Positions 39,023-49,214 of a DNA stretch of 57,382 nucleotides are shown in pieces. The DNA is from an uncultured Bacilli bacterium. Its GTDB lineage: Bacteria; Bacillota_I; Bacilli_A; RFN20; CAG-826. Made by a program: the position numbers and the translations under genes. Each line of letters begins with the position of its first letter. The stretch's first letter is position 1. Below the pieces are notes generated by a model, which saw nothing but the letters and a program-made list of their open reading frames with translations, searched no databases and was not told where the DNA came from. The stretch lies in NCBI GenBank assembly GCA_944358865.1, contig CALVRV010000006.1, forward strand, positions 1-57,382, given 5' to 3'.

Positions 39023-39292
39023 ATGGCACTTACTAAAGAAGAAATTCAAAATATAGTGACCGAATATGGTAAAAATCCAAAAGATAGTGGTTCTACTGAT
39101 GTTCAAATTGCATTATTAACACATCAAATTAATCGCTTAACTGCTCATTTAAAAGAACACAAAAAAGACCATTCTTCTCGTCGTTCACTATTAGTTTTGG
39201 TAGGCAAAAGAAGAGCGTTATTAGATTATCTTGCCCGCACCGATCGTGAAGATTATTTAAGATTAATCGCTAAATTAGGCTTACGTAAATAA
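39023..39292 (+). CDS. rpsO: 30S ribosomal protein S15
   Basis: [27 protein letters not shown]. Confidence 0.98.
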   Translation: MALTKEEIQNIVTEYGKNPKDSGSTDVQIALLTHQINRLTAHLKEHKKDHSSRRSLLVLVGKRRALLDYLARTDREDYLRLIAKLGLRK

Positions 39293-39299
39293 AATAAAT

Positions 39300-39320
39300 A
39301 ACCGCTTATGCGGTTTTTTT
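39300..39320 (+). terminator. Terminator after rpsO
   Basis: AACCGC-TTAT-GCGGTT plus T run. Confidence 0.8.
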
Positions 39321-39339
39321 GTTAAAGGAGTTTAAAATT

Positions 39340-40914
39340 ATGAAAAAAATAGTTCTATTTATTTTGATGTGTTTATCTCTTAGTGCTTGTAACACTAATA
39401 ACATCTCATCTTCAATTACAACAACCACTAGTGAAGAACCTTCTTCAACTACGACAACTACCACAAGTGAAGAAATAGATTATTTAAAACAATATTATTC
39501 TTCATTTCAAGCTAACACAATTATTAAATCTTCTACTGAAGGAAGCGAAGATATATTTACATATTATCAATTGTATGTTGATGATACACATTTTACTTTT
39601 TCATCTTATCAAGACGCTAATTATTCAGTATTGACAAGACAAATTTTTTACGAATTAGAAGATAATAAAATAATTAATAAAACATTAAATATAAATAATG
39701 AAATAGTATCTAATCAAGATACAAATCGTTTTTTAACTGATGACTTTAATTTAATTGATAATTTTGGTTTACAAATTTATAAAGACGGCACTTATGATGT
39801 CACTAATAATGATGTCGGAGCGTTATTTAATAAATATCTTACTTATGATTTAGTAGGAACTTTAAGTGCAAAATCATATCAATTTATTTTAAGTAATAAT
39901 ACTTTAAAATATTTAAGTATTTATGAATCAAATGGTATTACTTTGACAATTGAGACAACTTTTTTAAGTAAAGAAGAAGAAAAAAGACAAATTATCAAAC
40001 CTTTAAATAAAACAGAAATTAGTAATGATCTTGAATCGTTATTTACTAGATTAAAAGAAAATAATTACACGATTACAATTAAAGAAAATGAAAATATTGT
40101 CAAAACGTTATTAATAAATAACGATAAAATTTATGTTGATAATGTCACTACTAGCGATGATGGATATCGTAAAATTGAAAATGGCTACAATATTTTAAGT
40201 ATTGATGATAATCAAAATGTTACTTTAGTAAATACGATTGAAGAAGATTTTAATACGCTCCTAGCAAATTTTAATTTTTCTAGCTCTATATTTATATCAA
40301 ATGGAGAAAATATTATTTTACCAACATATATTGATAGAGACGCTTTAATCGATGAATTAACACTTTTAAATGTCAGCGATTTTATTTATAGTATCAACTT
40401 AAGTTTTTCATATGATGAAAATTCATTTACTATTTCTAGTGAATCATTTAATCAAAATGAATATAAAATAATATTTAACAATATTAATTCAACTGTTATT
40501 GATATTGATTTAGATGATTATGACACTAAGATGGGATGGGAAAATGAAAGTAGCGAACTATATTCTTTCATTGTTGATATGATTGGTGACATAAATTTAT
40601 TACCATATTTAGATACCGGTTATGGCTATAATTATTATGATTATACCAGTGGAGTTGAACTTGATATTTGTTCTGAAGATGTTCCTGATAGTGAATTAGA
40701 TAATTTATTTAATCAATATGAACAACTATTATTTGAAACTGGGTATAAAAAATTAACTAGTGATGAAATTGATGAATATGGAATATTTGTTTATGCTGAT
40801 TCTAATGATGTCGCTAATGTGTATATGATTAATGATACTTTTGCAATCGAAGTTTATGCCTTTGGATCTGAAGGGATGTTTGCAGGCTTTAATTTATTCA
40901 TTTACGCAATATAA
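39340..40914 (+). CDS. Acidic lipoprotein of unknown function
   Basis: Lipobox LSAC, duplicated SS.TTTTSEE linker, AAGGAG SD. Confidence 0.8.
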   Translation: MKKIVLFILMCLSLSACNTNNISSSITTTTSEEPSSTTTTTTSEEIDYLKQYYSSFQANTIIKSSTEGSEDIFTYYQLYVDDTHFTFSSYQDANYSVLTRQIFYELEDNKIINKTLNINNEIVSNQDTNRFLTDDFNLIDNFGLQIYKDGTYDVTNNDVGALFNKYLTYDLVGTLSAKSYQFILSNNTLKYLSIYESNGITLTIETTFLSKEEEKRQIIKPLNKTEISNDLESLFTRLKENNYTITIKENENIVKTLLINNDKIYVDNVTTSDDGYRKIENGYNILSIDDNQNVTLVNTIEEDFNTLLANFNFSSSIFISNGENIILPTYIDRDALIDELTLLNVSDFIYSINLSFSYDENSFTISSESFNQNEYKIIFNNINSTVIDIDLDDYDTKMGWENESSELYSFIVDMIGDINLLPYLDTGYGYNYYDYTSGVELDICSEDVPDSELDNLFNQYEQLLFETGYKKLTSDEIDEYGIFVYADSNDVANVYMINDTFAIEVYAFGSEGMFAGFNLFIYAI

Positions 40915-40939
40915 TTACTTATTTTAAAAAAAGAATTTT

Positions 40940-40984
40940 AATTGCTTTTATTAGATAAGACTTAACTAATAAAGGCAATTTTTT
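40940..40984 (+). terminator. Terminator after the lipoprotein gene
   Basis: AATTGCTTTTATTAG...CTAATAAAGGCAATT plus T run. Confidence 0.65.
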
Positions 40985-41120
40985 ATTTATATTATTTAAA
41001 TTCTTTATTAACTTATTCATATATCAAACAATATTCTAGGCAAAGCCTAGTTTCTATTTTTCTTTTTATTATAACGTGATATAATCTTAACGTATTAATT
41101 AAGAAAGAGAGAAAAAGTAA

Positions 41121-43304
41121 ATGAAAAATGTATTCGAATTAGAGTTCGAAGGAAAGAAATTTGTTGTTGAAACAGGTGAAATTGCAAAACAAGCAGATGG
41201 TGCTGTTTTAGTGCGTTATAATGAAACTGTTGTTCTTTCCACTGTATGTGCAAGTGATTTACCAAAAGAAGGCGATTTTTTCCCATTAACTGTTCAATAT
41301 GAAGAAAAACAATACGCTGTTGGTAAAATTCCTGGCTCATTTTTAAGACGTGAAGGTCGTGCAGGTGAACACGCGACTCTTACAGCAAGATTAATCGATC
41401 GTCCAATTAGACCAATGTTTGCCGAAGGATTTAGAAACGAAGTTCAAATTATCAATACCGTTATGAGTGTTGATCCAGACGCTAGTAGTGAAATGGCTGC
41501 GATGCTTGGCTCAAGTTTAGCCTTGTGTATCAGCGATATTCCATTTGATGGACCTATTGCAGGTGTCCAAGTTGGCCGTGTTGATGGAAAATTTATTATT
41601 AATCCTAGTGTTGAAGAAAATGAGAAAAGTGATATTAAATTAACTGTCGCAGGCACTAAAGATGCGATTAATATGGTTGAAGCTGGTGCAGATCAAGTCA
41701 GTGAAGATGATATGCTTGATGCTTTAATGTTTGGCCATGAAGCAATTAAAAAATTATGTGATTGGCAAATTGAAATTGCTTCAAAAATAGGAAAACCAAA
41801 ACGTGAAATTGAATTATATAAAATTGATGAAGAAATTGAAAATGACGTTACTTTAAGAAGCAAAGAAAGACTTTGCAAAGCTATTTCTATTTTTGACAAA
41901 TTAGAAAGACAAGACGCTATCGATGCCATTGAAAATGAAATATTAGATGATTATGATTCTAGGAAATATGAAGATGAAAAAACTCATCAAAAAACTATGT
42001 CGATGGTGAAACAAGTTTTAGAAGGACTTGTCGCTAGTGAAGTAAGAAGATTAATTACTGAAGAAAAAATTAGACCAGATGGACGTAAAGTTGATGAAAT
42101 TCGTCCTTTAGATGCTCAAATTGATTTACTTCCACGCACTCATGGAAGTGCCATGTTTACCCGTGGACAAACCCAAGTTATTTCAATCACAACTTTAGGG
42201 GCAAAATCCGATGAACAAATTTTAGATTCATTAAATGGAGAAGAAACAAAACGTTGGATGCATCATTATAATTTCCCACCATTCTCTGTTGGAGAAGTTG
42301 GTCGTATGGGTTCTCCTGGTCGTCGTGAAATTGGTCATGGCGCTCTTGGTGAACGAGCACTTTCTTATGTCTTACCAAGTGTGGAAGAATTCCCTTATAC
42401 AATTAGATGTGTCGCGGAAGTAGTTGAAAGTAATGGTAGTTCTTCTCAAGCTAGTATATGTGCTTCTTGTATGTCTTTAATGGCGGCAGGTGTCCCTATT
42501 AAAGAAATGGTTTCTGGTATTGCAATGGGATTAATTTCTTCTGGACCATTAGATGGGAAACATCCTTACACTATTTTAACTGATATTCAAGGATTAGAAG
42601 ACCATTTTGGTGATATGGACTTTAAAGTTGCAGGAACTAAAAATGGAATTACAGCCTTACAAATGGATATTAAAATTAAAGGTGTAACTCGTGAAGTATT
42701 AAAAGAAGCTTTAACACAAGCTCATGAAGCTCGTGCAAAAATTAGAGAAGTTATGGCTAAAGCAATCGATAAACCTAGACCAGATGTATCTAAATATGCA
42801 CCTAAGATGGATACATTTAAAATTGAACCAGACAAGATTAAAGATGTTATCGGAACTGGTGGTAAAGTTATTAACGATATTATTGCCCAATGTGATCAAT
42901 GCAAAATTGATATTGAAGATGATGGTCAAGTAACTATTTATCACATGGATCGTGATGTTATAAATAAAGCTAAACAAATGATTATTGACATTGTTAAAGA
43001 AGCACAGGTAGGTGAAATCTACGAAGGTCTTGTCACTAGAGTAGAAGATTATGGTGCTTTTGTACGTTTGTTTGGTAATTGCGAAGGTTTATGCCATGTA
43101 TCTAGATTAGGATGGGGCTATATTGAAAAAGCTAGCGATGTTGTTAAAGTTGGTCAAACTTTAAAAGTTAAAGTTATTGAAATTGACGAACACGGAAAAG
43201 TTAAAGTTAGCCATAAAGAATTTTTAGAAAAGCCTACTGAAGATAACAAAGAAGAATTTAAAAACAAAAAGCTAGGTAATTTCTTAAAAGGGCATAAAAA
43301 ATAA
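41121..43304 (+). CDS. pnp: Polyribonucleotide nucleotidyltransferase
   Basis: [46 protein letters not shown] and S1 domains. Confidence 0.98.
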   Translation: MKNVFELEFEGKKFVVETGEIAKQADGAVLVRYNETVVLSTVCASDLPKEGDFFPLTVQYEEKQYAVGKIPGSFLRREGRAGEHATLTARLIDRPIRPMFAEGFRNEVQIINTVMSVDPDASSEMAAMLGSSLALCISDIPFDGPIAGVQVGRVDGKFIINPSVEENEKSDIKLTVAGTKDAINMVEAGADQVSEDDMLDALMFGHEAIKKLCDWQIEIASKIGKPKREIELYKIDEEIENDVTLRSKERLCKAISIFDKLERQDAIDAIENEILDDYDSRKYEDEKTHQKTMSMVKQVLEGLVASEVRRLITEEKIRPDGRKVDEIRPLDAQIDLLPRTHGSAMFTRGQTQVISITTLGAKSDEQILDSLNGEETKRWMHHYNFPPFSVGEVGRMGSPGRREIGHGALGERALSYVLPSVEEFPYTIRCVAEVVESNGSSSQASICASCMSLMAAGVPIKEMVSGIAMGLISSGPLDGKHPYTILTDIQGLEDHFGDMDFKVAGTKNGITALQMDIKIKGVTREVLKEALTQAHEARAKIREVMAKAIDKPRPDVSKYAPKMDTFKIEPDKIKDVIGTGGKVINDIIAQCDQCKIDIEDDGQVTIYHMDRDVINKAKQMIIDIVKEAQVGEIYEGLVTRVEDYGAFVRLFGNCEGLCHVSRLGWGYIEKASDVVKVGQTLKVKVIEIDEHGKVKVSHKEFLEKPTEDNKEEFKNKKLGNFLKGHKK

Positions 43305-43316
43305 ATTTTATCAATT

Positions 43317-43351
43317 AATAAATCCTATGCAAAAACATAGGATTTATTTTT
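43317..43351 (+). terminator. Terminator after pnp
   Basis: AATAAATCCTATG...CATAGGATTTATT plus T run. Confidence 0.8.
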
Positions 43352-43461
43352 AAAAGTCTGCAAAAACTTAATATTTTTTAAGATTAAGAATTAAAAAAAC
43401 ATCTATATTTGTCATAATAACAATATTTATTTATAATAAATAAGAAAAGGAATTGATTTTT

Positions 43462-44349
43462 ATGCAACAAAATATTAAAAAAGCTGTTATCCCATGTGCA
43501 GGTTTAGGAACTAGATTTTTGCCTGCTACTAAAGCGATGGCTAAAGAAATGCTTCCAATTGTTGATATTCCTACTTTACAATATCAAATTAAAGAAGCTA
43601 TTGATGCCGGTTTAGAAGAAATTATATTGATTATAAGCGACGCTAAAGAGGAAATTAAAAAACATTTTTCTCGTGATGAAAATTTTGAAAATTATTTAAT
43701 CGAAAAAGGAAAACAAGAAGAAGCAAATTTAATTAAGCAATTATCGACCATGGCGAAAATTACTTATGTTGTTCAAAAAGAACAAAAAGGTTTAGGACAT
43801 GCGATATTGTGCTGTAAAGAAGTCATTAAAGATGAACCATTTGTTGTTATATTAGGAGATGATTTAATTATTAATGAAAAAGGCGATAATGTTTCAAAAC
43901 AAATGATAGATATTTATCGTGAAAAACATTGCCCAATTATTGGTTGTCAAAATGTTAAGGAAAGCGAAGTTAGTAAATATGGTATCATGTCTTTAAAAGG
44001 AAAGATGGAAAATCGTATCGGTTATTTATTAGATATGGTTGAAAAACCAAAATTAGAAGAAGCACCTTCACATTTAGCGTGTTTAGGAAGATATTTATTA
44101 ACTAGCGATATTTTCAAAATATTAGAAAATACCAAACCTGGTAAGGGTGGTGAAATTCAATTGACAGATGCGATTAAAAGTTGGTGTAAATATCAAGATG
44201 TTATTGTTTATGATTTTATTGGTCGAAGATATGATGTTGGCGATAAATATGGGTATGTAGAAGCTGTGATAGATTTTGCTTTAAAACGCGATGATATGAA
44301 AGAAAAAGTCTTAAATCATATTAAAGAAATATTATCTAAAAAGGAATAA
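43462..44349 (+). CDS. galU: UTP--glucose-1-phosphate uridylyltransferase
   Basis: AGLGTRFLPATK..KEMLP, GLGHA, VEKP, GEIQLTDA. Confidence 0.95.
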   Translation: MQQNIKKAVIPCAGLGTRFLPATKAMAKEMLPIVDIPTLQYQIKEAIDAGLEEIILIISDAKEEIKKHFSRDENFENYLIEKGKQEEANLIKQLSTMAKITYVVQKEQKGLGHAILCCKEVIKDEPFVVILGDDLIINEKGDNVSKQMIDIYREKHCPIIGCQNVKESEVSKYGIMSLKGKMENRIGYLLDMVEKPKLEEAPSHLACLGRYLLTSDIFKILENTKPGKGGEIQLTDAIKSWCKYQDVIVYDFIGRRYDVGDKYGYVEAVIDFALKRDDMKEKVLNHIKEILSKKE

Positions 44350-44352
44350 GAT

Positions 44353-45795
44353 ATGTTTGATATTGTTATTATTGGCGCTGGAATAGTTGGTGCTATGTTA
44401 GCTAGAAAATTATCACAATACGAATTAAAAATTTTGGTAATTGAAAAAGAAAATGATGTTGCAAATGTCACAACCATGGCTAATAGTGCGATTATTCATA
44501 GCGGCTATGACCCATTACCAAATTCATTAAAAGCTAAATTAAATGTCTTAGGAAATAAGCAATTTGATGAAATTGCAAAACAATTAGATGTTAAATTTTC
44601 TCGTATTGGTTCTTTAACTTTAGCTTTTGATGAAAAACAATTAGAAACATTGAAAGAACTTCAACAAAGAGGAAAAGAAAATCAGGTTGAAACATTTATT
44701 TTAAATAAAGAAGAAACTTTAAAAATAGAACCTAATATTAATGATAATGTCATAGGATCTTTATTTGCTCCTACTGCGGGAATTATAGACCCTTTTAATT
44801 TGTGTGTTCATGCGATGGAAAACGCCTGTGAAAATGGGGTAATTCTTCATTTAGAAGAAGAAGTTATTGATATAAAAAAAGAAGATAATAACTTTAAAAT
44901 AATTACAAATAAAGATGAATATTTAACTTCTATCGTTATTAATGCATCAGGATATAACGCTGATGATATTGCTAAAAAAGTTGAAGATATTGACTGGTCA
45001 ATAAATCCAAGAAAAGGACAATATTTTGTTTTAGATCATTTTGATGATAATTTTGTTAATCATGTTATATTCCCACTTCCAAGTGAAAAGGGTAAGGGTG
45101 TCTTAGTAAGTAAGACAACATCTAATAATTATATTGTTGGTCCTAGTAGTGAACCTTGTTTAAAAGATGATTTTTCTTGCGATAAATTAACTTTAGATAA
45201 TGTAAGAAATAGCGCTAAAGAGATGGTTAAAAATATTCCTTTTAATCAAACTATTAGAATTTTTTCTGGTATTAGAGCTACTTCTTCACGACATGATTTT
45301 ATTATCGAACCAGCAAAAAAATATCCTAATTTTATTAATATTGCTGGTATAGAATCACCTGGTTTAGTTTCTTCACCCGCGATAGCGGATTATGTTATTA
45401 CAAATTATATTTCTAAATTGATTAATCTTGTTCCTAATAAAAATTTTAATCCATATGTTAGACCTTATGTTCACTTTTTAGATTTAAGCATAGAAAAACA
45501 AAACGAATTGATTAAAAAAGATAAAGATTTTTCAAAATTAATTTGTAACTGTGAAAAAGTTACCTTGGGTGAGATAAAAGATGTTTTAAATCGCTATGTT
45601 AAACCATCAACTTTAAAAGGTGTTAAAAAAAGAACTAGAGCAGGATTTGGCAAATGTCAAAGCGGATTTTGTCAATCTAATATAATTGATATTTTATCTA
45701 CTTTTTATCAAGTTGATAAAACTAAAATTTTATATGATAAAATCAATTCTAATATTTTATTTTATAAGACAAAGGTAGGAGAAAATAATGATTAA
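44353..45795 (+). CDS. FAD-dependent oxidoreductase (GlpA-like) with BFD-like [2Fe-2S] domain
   Basis: GAGIVG, NSAIIHSGYD, GIESPGL, CNCE...RTRAGFGKCQSGFC. Confidence 0.85.
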   Translation: MFDIVIIGAGIVGAMLARKLSQYELKILVIEKENDVANVTTMANSAIIHSGYDPLPNSLKAKLNVLGNKQFDEIAKQLDVKFSRIGSLTLAFDEKQLETLKELQQRGKENQVETFILNKEETLKIEPNINDNVIGSLFAPTAGIIDPFNLCVHAMENACENGVILHLEEEVIDIKKEDNNFKIITNKDEYLTSIVINASGYNADDIAKKVEDIDWSINPRKGQYFVLDHFDDNFVNHVIFPLPSEKGKGVLVSKTTSNNYIVGPSSEPCLKDDFSCDKLTLDNVRNSAKEMVKNIPFNQTIRIFSGIRATSSRHDFIIEPAKKYPNFINIAGIESPGLVSSPAIADYVITNYISKLINLVPNKNFNPYVRPYVHFLDLSIEKQNELIKKDKDFSKLICNCEKVTLGEIKDVLNRYVKPSTLKGVKKRTRAGFGKCQSGFCQSNIIDILSTFYQVDKTKILYDKINSNILFYKTKVGENND

Positions 45796-47035
45796 TTGTC
45801 AGTTGGTTATTATCGGTGGTGGTTCAGCTGGCATGGCCAGTGCTTTAAAAGCCTATCAAGAAGGTATTAAAGATATTATTATCATTGAAAAAGATGATAA
45901 ATTAGGCGGAATTTTAAATCAATGTATTCATGATGGTTTTGGTTTAGATTTATTTAAAGAAGAATTATCTGGACCAGAATATGCTTATCGTTTCATTCAA
46001 GAAATTGAAAAATTGAATATTAGATGTTTTCTTTCAACATTTATTTTAGGAATTGATAATGATTTTAATATTAAAATTTTAAACAAAGATGGGGTAGAAA
46101 TTATTAAAGCCCACGCGATAATTTTTGCTGCTGGATGCTATGAAAGAAATGCTGGTGCGATCAATCTTATGGGTGATAGACCTAGTGGTATTATGAGTGC
46201 TGGTACCGCTCAAAAATATTTAAATATTAAAGGATATATGCCTTCTAAGCGTGTTGTTATTTTAGGTAGCGGTGATATAGGCTTAATTACTGCTCGAAGA
46301 ATGACACTTGAAGGCGCTGAAGTTTTAGCGGTTTTAGAAATAATGCCATATAGTAATGGATTAACTAGAAATATTAAACAATGTTTAGATGATTTTAATA
46401 TCCCTTTATATCTTTCGACAACAGTTAAACAAGTGATTGGCAAATCACGTTTAGAAAAAGTAATCGCGTGCCGTGTAGATGAAAATGGCAATTTTATTGA
46501 TGGAAGTGAAATAGAATTTGATTGTGATACACTTTTACTAAGTGTTGGCTTAATTCCTAATATTGGATTAATTAAAGATATGGGAATAAGATTTTCTTCT
46601 ACTCGTGGTCCTGTTGTTGATGAATTACTTCAAACTGATAAAAAAGGATTGTTTGCATGTGGTAATTGCCTCCATGTCCACGATTTAGTCGATCATGTTA
46701 CTAATGAAGGATATCTTGCTGGTTTAGGTGCTTCTTTATTTTTGAAAAATAAAATTAAAGAAAACTTAAATGTTGAAGTGATTGCTAAAAATTATGTTTC
46801 ATATGTTGTTCCACAATATATCAACACAACATTATTAGATAATATTACTTTAAAATTTCGAGTCAAAAAGCCATTAAAAAATGTCAATATAGTCATTTCT
46901 GATGATAAAAGAATAATTAAACGTATTCCAAAGTTAACGCTTCTTCCTTCACAAATGGAAAATATTGTTATTAAAACTTTGGACTTAGTTCAAAACAATG
47001 GTAAAATATACGTAGACATCGAGATGAAAATATGA
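45788..47035 (+). CDS. NAD(P)/FAD-dependent oxidoreductase
   Basis: GGGSAG, GGILNQCIH.GFG, GSGDIGL.ARR, CGN.LHVHDLVD. Confidence 0.85.
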   Translation: MINCQLVIIGGGSAGMASALKAYQEGIKDIIIIEKDDKLGGILNQCIHDGFGLDLFKEELSGPEYAYRFIQEIEKLNIRCFLSTFILGIDNDFNIKILNKDGVEIIKAHAIIFAAGCYERNAGAINLMGDRPSGIMSAGTAQKYLNIKGYMPSKRVVILGSGDIGLITARRMTLEGAEVLAVLEIMPYSNGLTRNIKQCLDDFNIPLYLSTTVKQVIGKSRLEKVIACRVDENGNFIDGSEIEFDCDTLLLSVGLIPNIGLIKDMGIRFSSTRGPVVDELLQTDKKGLFACGNCLHVHDLVDHVTNEGYLAGLGASLFLKNKIKENLNVEVIAKNYVSYVVPQYINTTLLDNITLKFRVKKPLKNVNIVISDDKRIIKRIPKLTLLPSQMENIVIKTLDLVQNNGKIYVDIEMKI

Positions 47036-47373
47036 AACAATTAACGTGCATTATTTGTCCGCGGGGTTGTCAATTAACGATTGATGATAACTTAAATGTA
47101 ACTGGTAATTTTTGTAAACGAGGTCAAATATATGCCCTTGAAGAATTAACTAACCCTTCAAGAACGTTGACGACTACAATTCGAGTAAGAAATCGTAAAG
47201 ATGTTTTAATTCCTGTCCGAACAAATAAAAAAGTACCTAAAGATAAATTGTTCGACATCATGCAAATTATTAATAAAACTACAGTTTTAGCACCTTGCCA
47301 TATTAATGATGTGGCAATTAAAAATGTTTTAAATCTTGGTGTGGATATTATTTTTACTAGCGAAATTAAATAA
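47032..47373 (+). CDS. DUF1667-family CxxCPxGC protein
   Basis: CIICPRGC...GNFCKRG; the usual third gene of this oxidoreductase trio. Confidence 0.8.
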   Translation: MKQLTCIICPRGCQLTIDDNLNVTGNFCKRGQIYALEELTNPSRTLTTTIRVRNRKDVLIPVRTNKKVPKDKLFDIMQIINKTTVLAPCHINDVAIKNVLNLGVDIIFTSEIK

Positions 47374-47433
47374 TTAACTAGTGTTTGTTAATATTTATAA
47401 TTGACAATTTGGTTAGTTAGAAAGCGAGGAATT

Positions 47434-49125
47434 ATGCTTGATTCCATTAAAGTATTTGCCCTTGGTGGCTTAGATGAATTAGGAAAAAATATGATTGTCG
47501 TTGAAGTTAATGACGATATCTTTATTTTAGATTGCGGTTTAAAATTTCCAAATAAAACCACACCTGGTATTGATTTTTTAATACCAAATCTTGATTATAT
47601 TAAAAATAACGCTCATCGTGTTAAAGCTTATTTTATAAGTCATCCACATGACGAACAAATTGGAGCTTTACCATTTTTTTATGAATACGCTCCTGCTCCT
47701 GTTTATGTTACTAATTATGGTAAAACAGTTATAACTAGAAGAACAATTTTTGCTAACAAAAGATTAAATTATAATTTTATTGTTGTAAAACCAACATCTA
47801 GACATTTAGTTGCAGGACATGAAGTACAATTATTTCAAACTTGTCACAATGCCTATGATTCATTTGGTGTTGCTATTTTAACTAATCGTGGGTATGTCGT
47901 TTATTCAAGTGAATTTATTGTTGATTATGATACAAAATATAAATCATTTTTATTTGATTTACCTGCTTTAAGTAAAATTGCTGAAAAAGAAACTTTACTT
48001 TTAATGTGTGAATCTTTAGGTGCGACCTATGAAGGATATTGTTCGCCATCACATTGCTTTACAAATCACATTAAACAATATTTTAATAATAATCAGGGTA
48101 GGTTATTTGTTGGTGCTTTTTGGCAAAATAGCTTTAATTTGAATGAAATTTTGCAGTTATGTCTCGAAAATAATAAAAAAATTGTTTATTTTGATATGTT
48201 AACTAAATACATAATTGAAAATTTACAAGCTGATGGAATAATTAATATTCCAAAAGATAATTTGATTAATTATGAAGATGTTTTAAGATATCGAAGTCAA
48301 GATGAGGTCTTTATTATTTTAGGACACGGTGAAAATTTATTTGAAAAAATTCAACAACTTTGTCATAAAGAAAACGAAGATAAAAGAATATTTTTAAATG
48401 AAACTGATACCTTCTTATTATGCGCGCCACCAAGTGATAATTTAGAAGATTTATTTACCAAAACTGTTGATGAATTATTTAAAACTCATGCAAATGTCGT
48501 ATATTTAAAAAGAAAAGACGCTGCCTCAATGCACGCGAGAAGTAATGATTTAAAAATGATGTTATCATTACTTAAACCAAAATATTATTTGCCAGTCAGA
48601 GGTAGTTATGTTCAATTATTAGCTAACGCTAAAATTGCTTTAGGCATGGGAATTGGTTTAAATCATACGAATGTTTTTGTTTTAGATAATGGTTCCGTTG
48701 TTAATTTTAAAAAGGATGAGATTCGACCAACTTTGGATAATAAAGAAAATATTGAAGCTAGTGAAGTCATTATTGATGGAATAGGTGTTGGTGATGTAAG
48801 TGAAGAGGTATTGCAAGAAAGAAACAAACTTTCTTATGGTGGAGTTGTTGTTATTGCAAGTTCGATTTCTTTATCAGAAAAAAAGATTATTACTAAACCA
48901 GATTGTCAAATGCGAGGTTTTGTTTTCGTAAAAGATGCTGAACCAATATTAAAATCAGTCACTAACATTTATATTGAAGAAGTTAATAATGCTTTAAAAA
49001 ATAGCGATAAAGGATTTAATCGTAAGCAAGTTTACGAAGTAATTAAAGATCGAGTTTCAAAGGCAATTAGGCATCATTTAAGACGTGACCCTGTTGTCGT
49101 GCCTATCATTATTGAAACAGAATGA
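47434..49125 (+). CDS. Ribonuclease J (J2-like, degenerate active site)
   Basis: ALGGLDELGKNM, SHPHDEQIG (versus canonical HxHxDH), RGFV, P.V.PII. Confidence 0.85.
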   Translation: MLDSIKVFALGGLDELGKNMIVVEVNDDIFILDCGLKFPNKTTPGIDFLIPNLDYIKNNAHRVKAYFISHPHDEQIGALPFFYEYAPAPVYVTNYGKTVITRRTIFANKRLNYNFIVVKPTSRHLVAGHEVQLFQTCHNAYDSFGVAILTNRGYVVYSSEFIVDYDTKYKSFLFDLPALSKIAEKETLLLMCESLGATYEGYCSPSHCFTNHIKQYFNNNQGRLFVGAFWQNSFNLNEILQLCLENNKKIVYFDMLTKYIIENLQADGIINIPKDNLINYEDVLRYRSQDEVFIILGHGENLFEKIQQLCHKENEDKRIFLNETDTFLLCAPPSDNLEDLFTKTVDELFKTHANVVYLKRKDAASMHARSNDLKMMLSLLKPKYYLPVRGSYVQLLANAKIALGMGIGLNHTNVFVLDNGSVVNFKKDEIRPTLDNKENIEASEVIIDGIGVGDVSEEVLQERNKLSYGGVVVIASSISLSEKKIITKPDCQMRGFVFVKDAEPILKSVTNIYIEEVNNALKNSDKGFNRKQVYEVIKDRVSKAIRHHLRRDPVVVPIIIETE

Positions 49126-49214
49126 CACTGATAAAATTAATCATTTTAAGACAGTGTATAAATTAGTAAAATAGACTATTTAAATATTTATATTTAATTT
49201 ATATAATTTTATAT

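Noticed and set aside
10900-47075. Arginine-codon reassignment (AGG or CGG), as reported for some uncultured Bacilli
   Set aside because: AGG encodes the conserved Arg in the RsmE RILR motif, and CGG falls at Arg-compatible positions (CPRGC in DUF1667, DLRNR in the acyltransferase). Only a few codons were checked, but nothing supports reassignment. TGA also acts as a stop.
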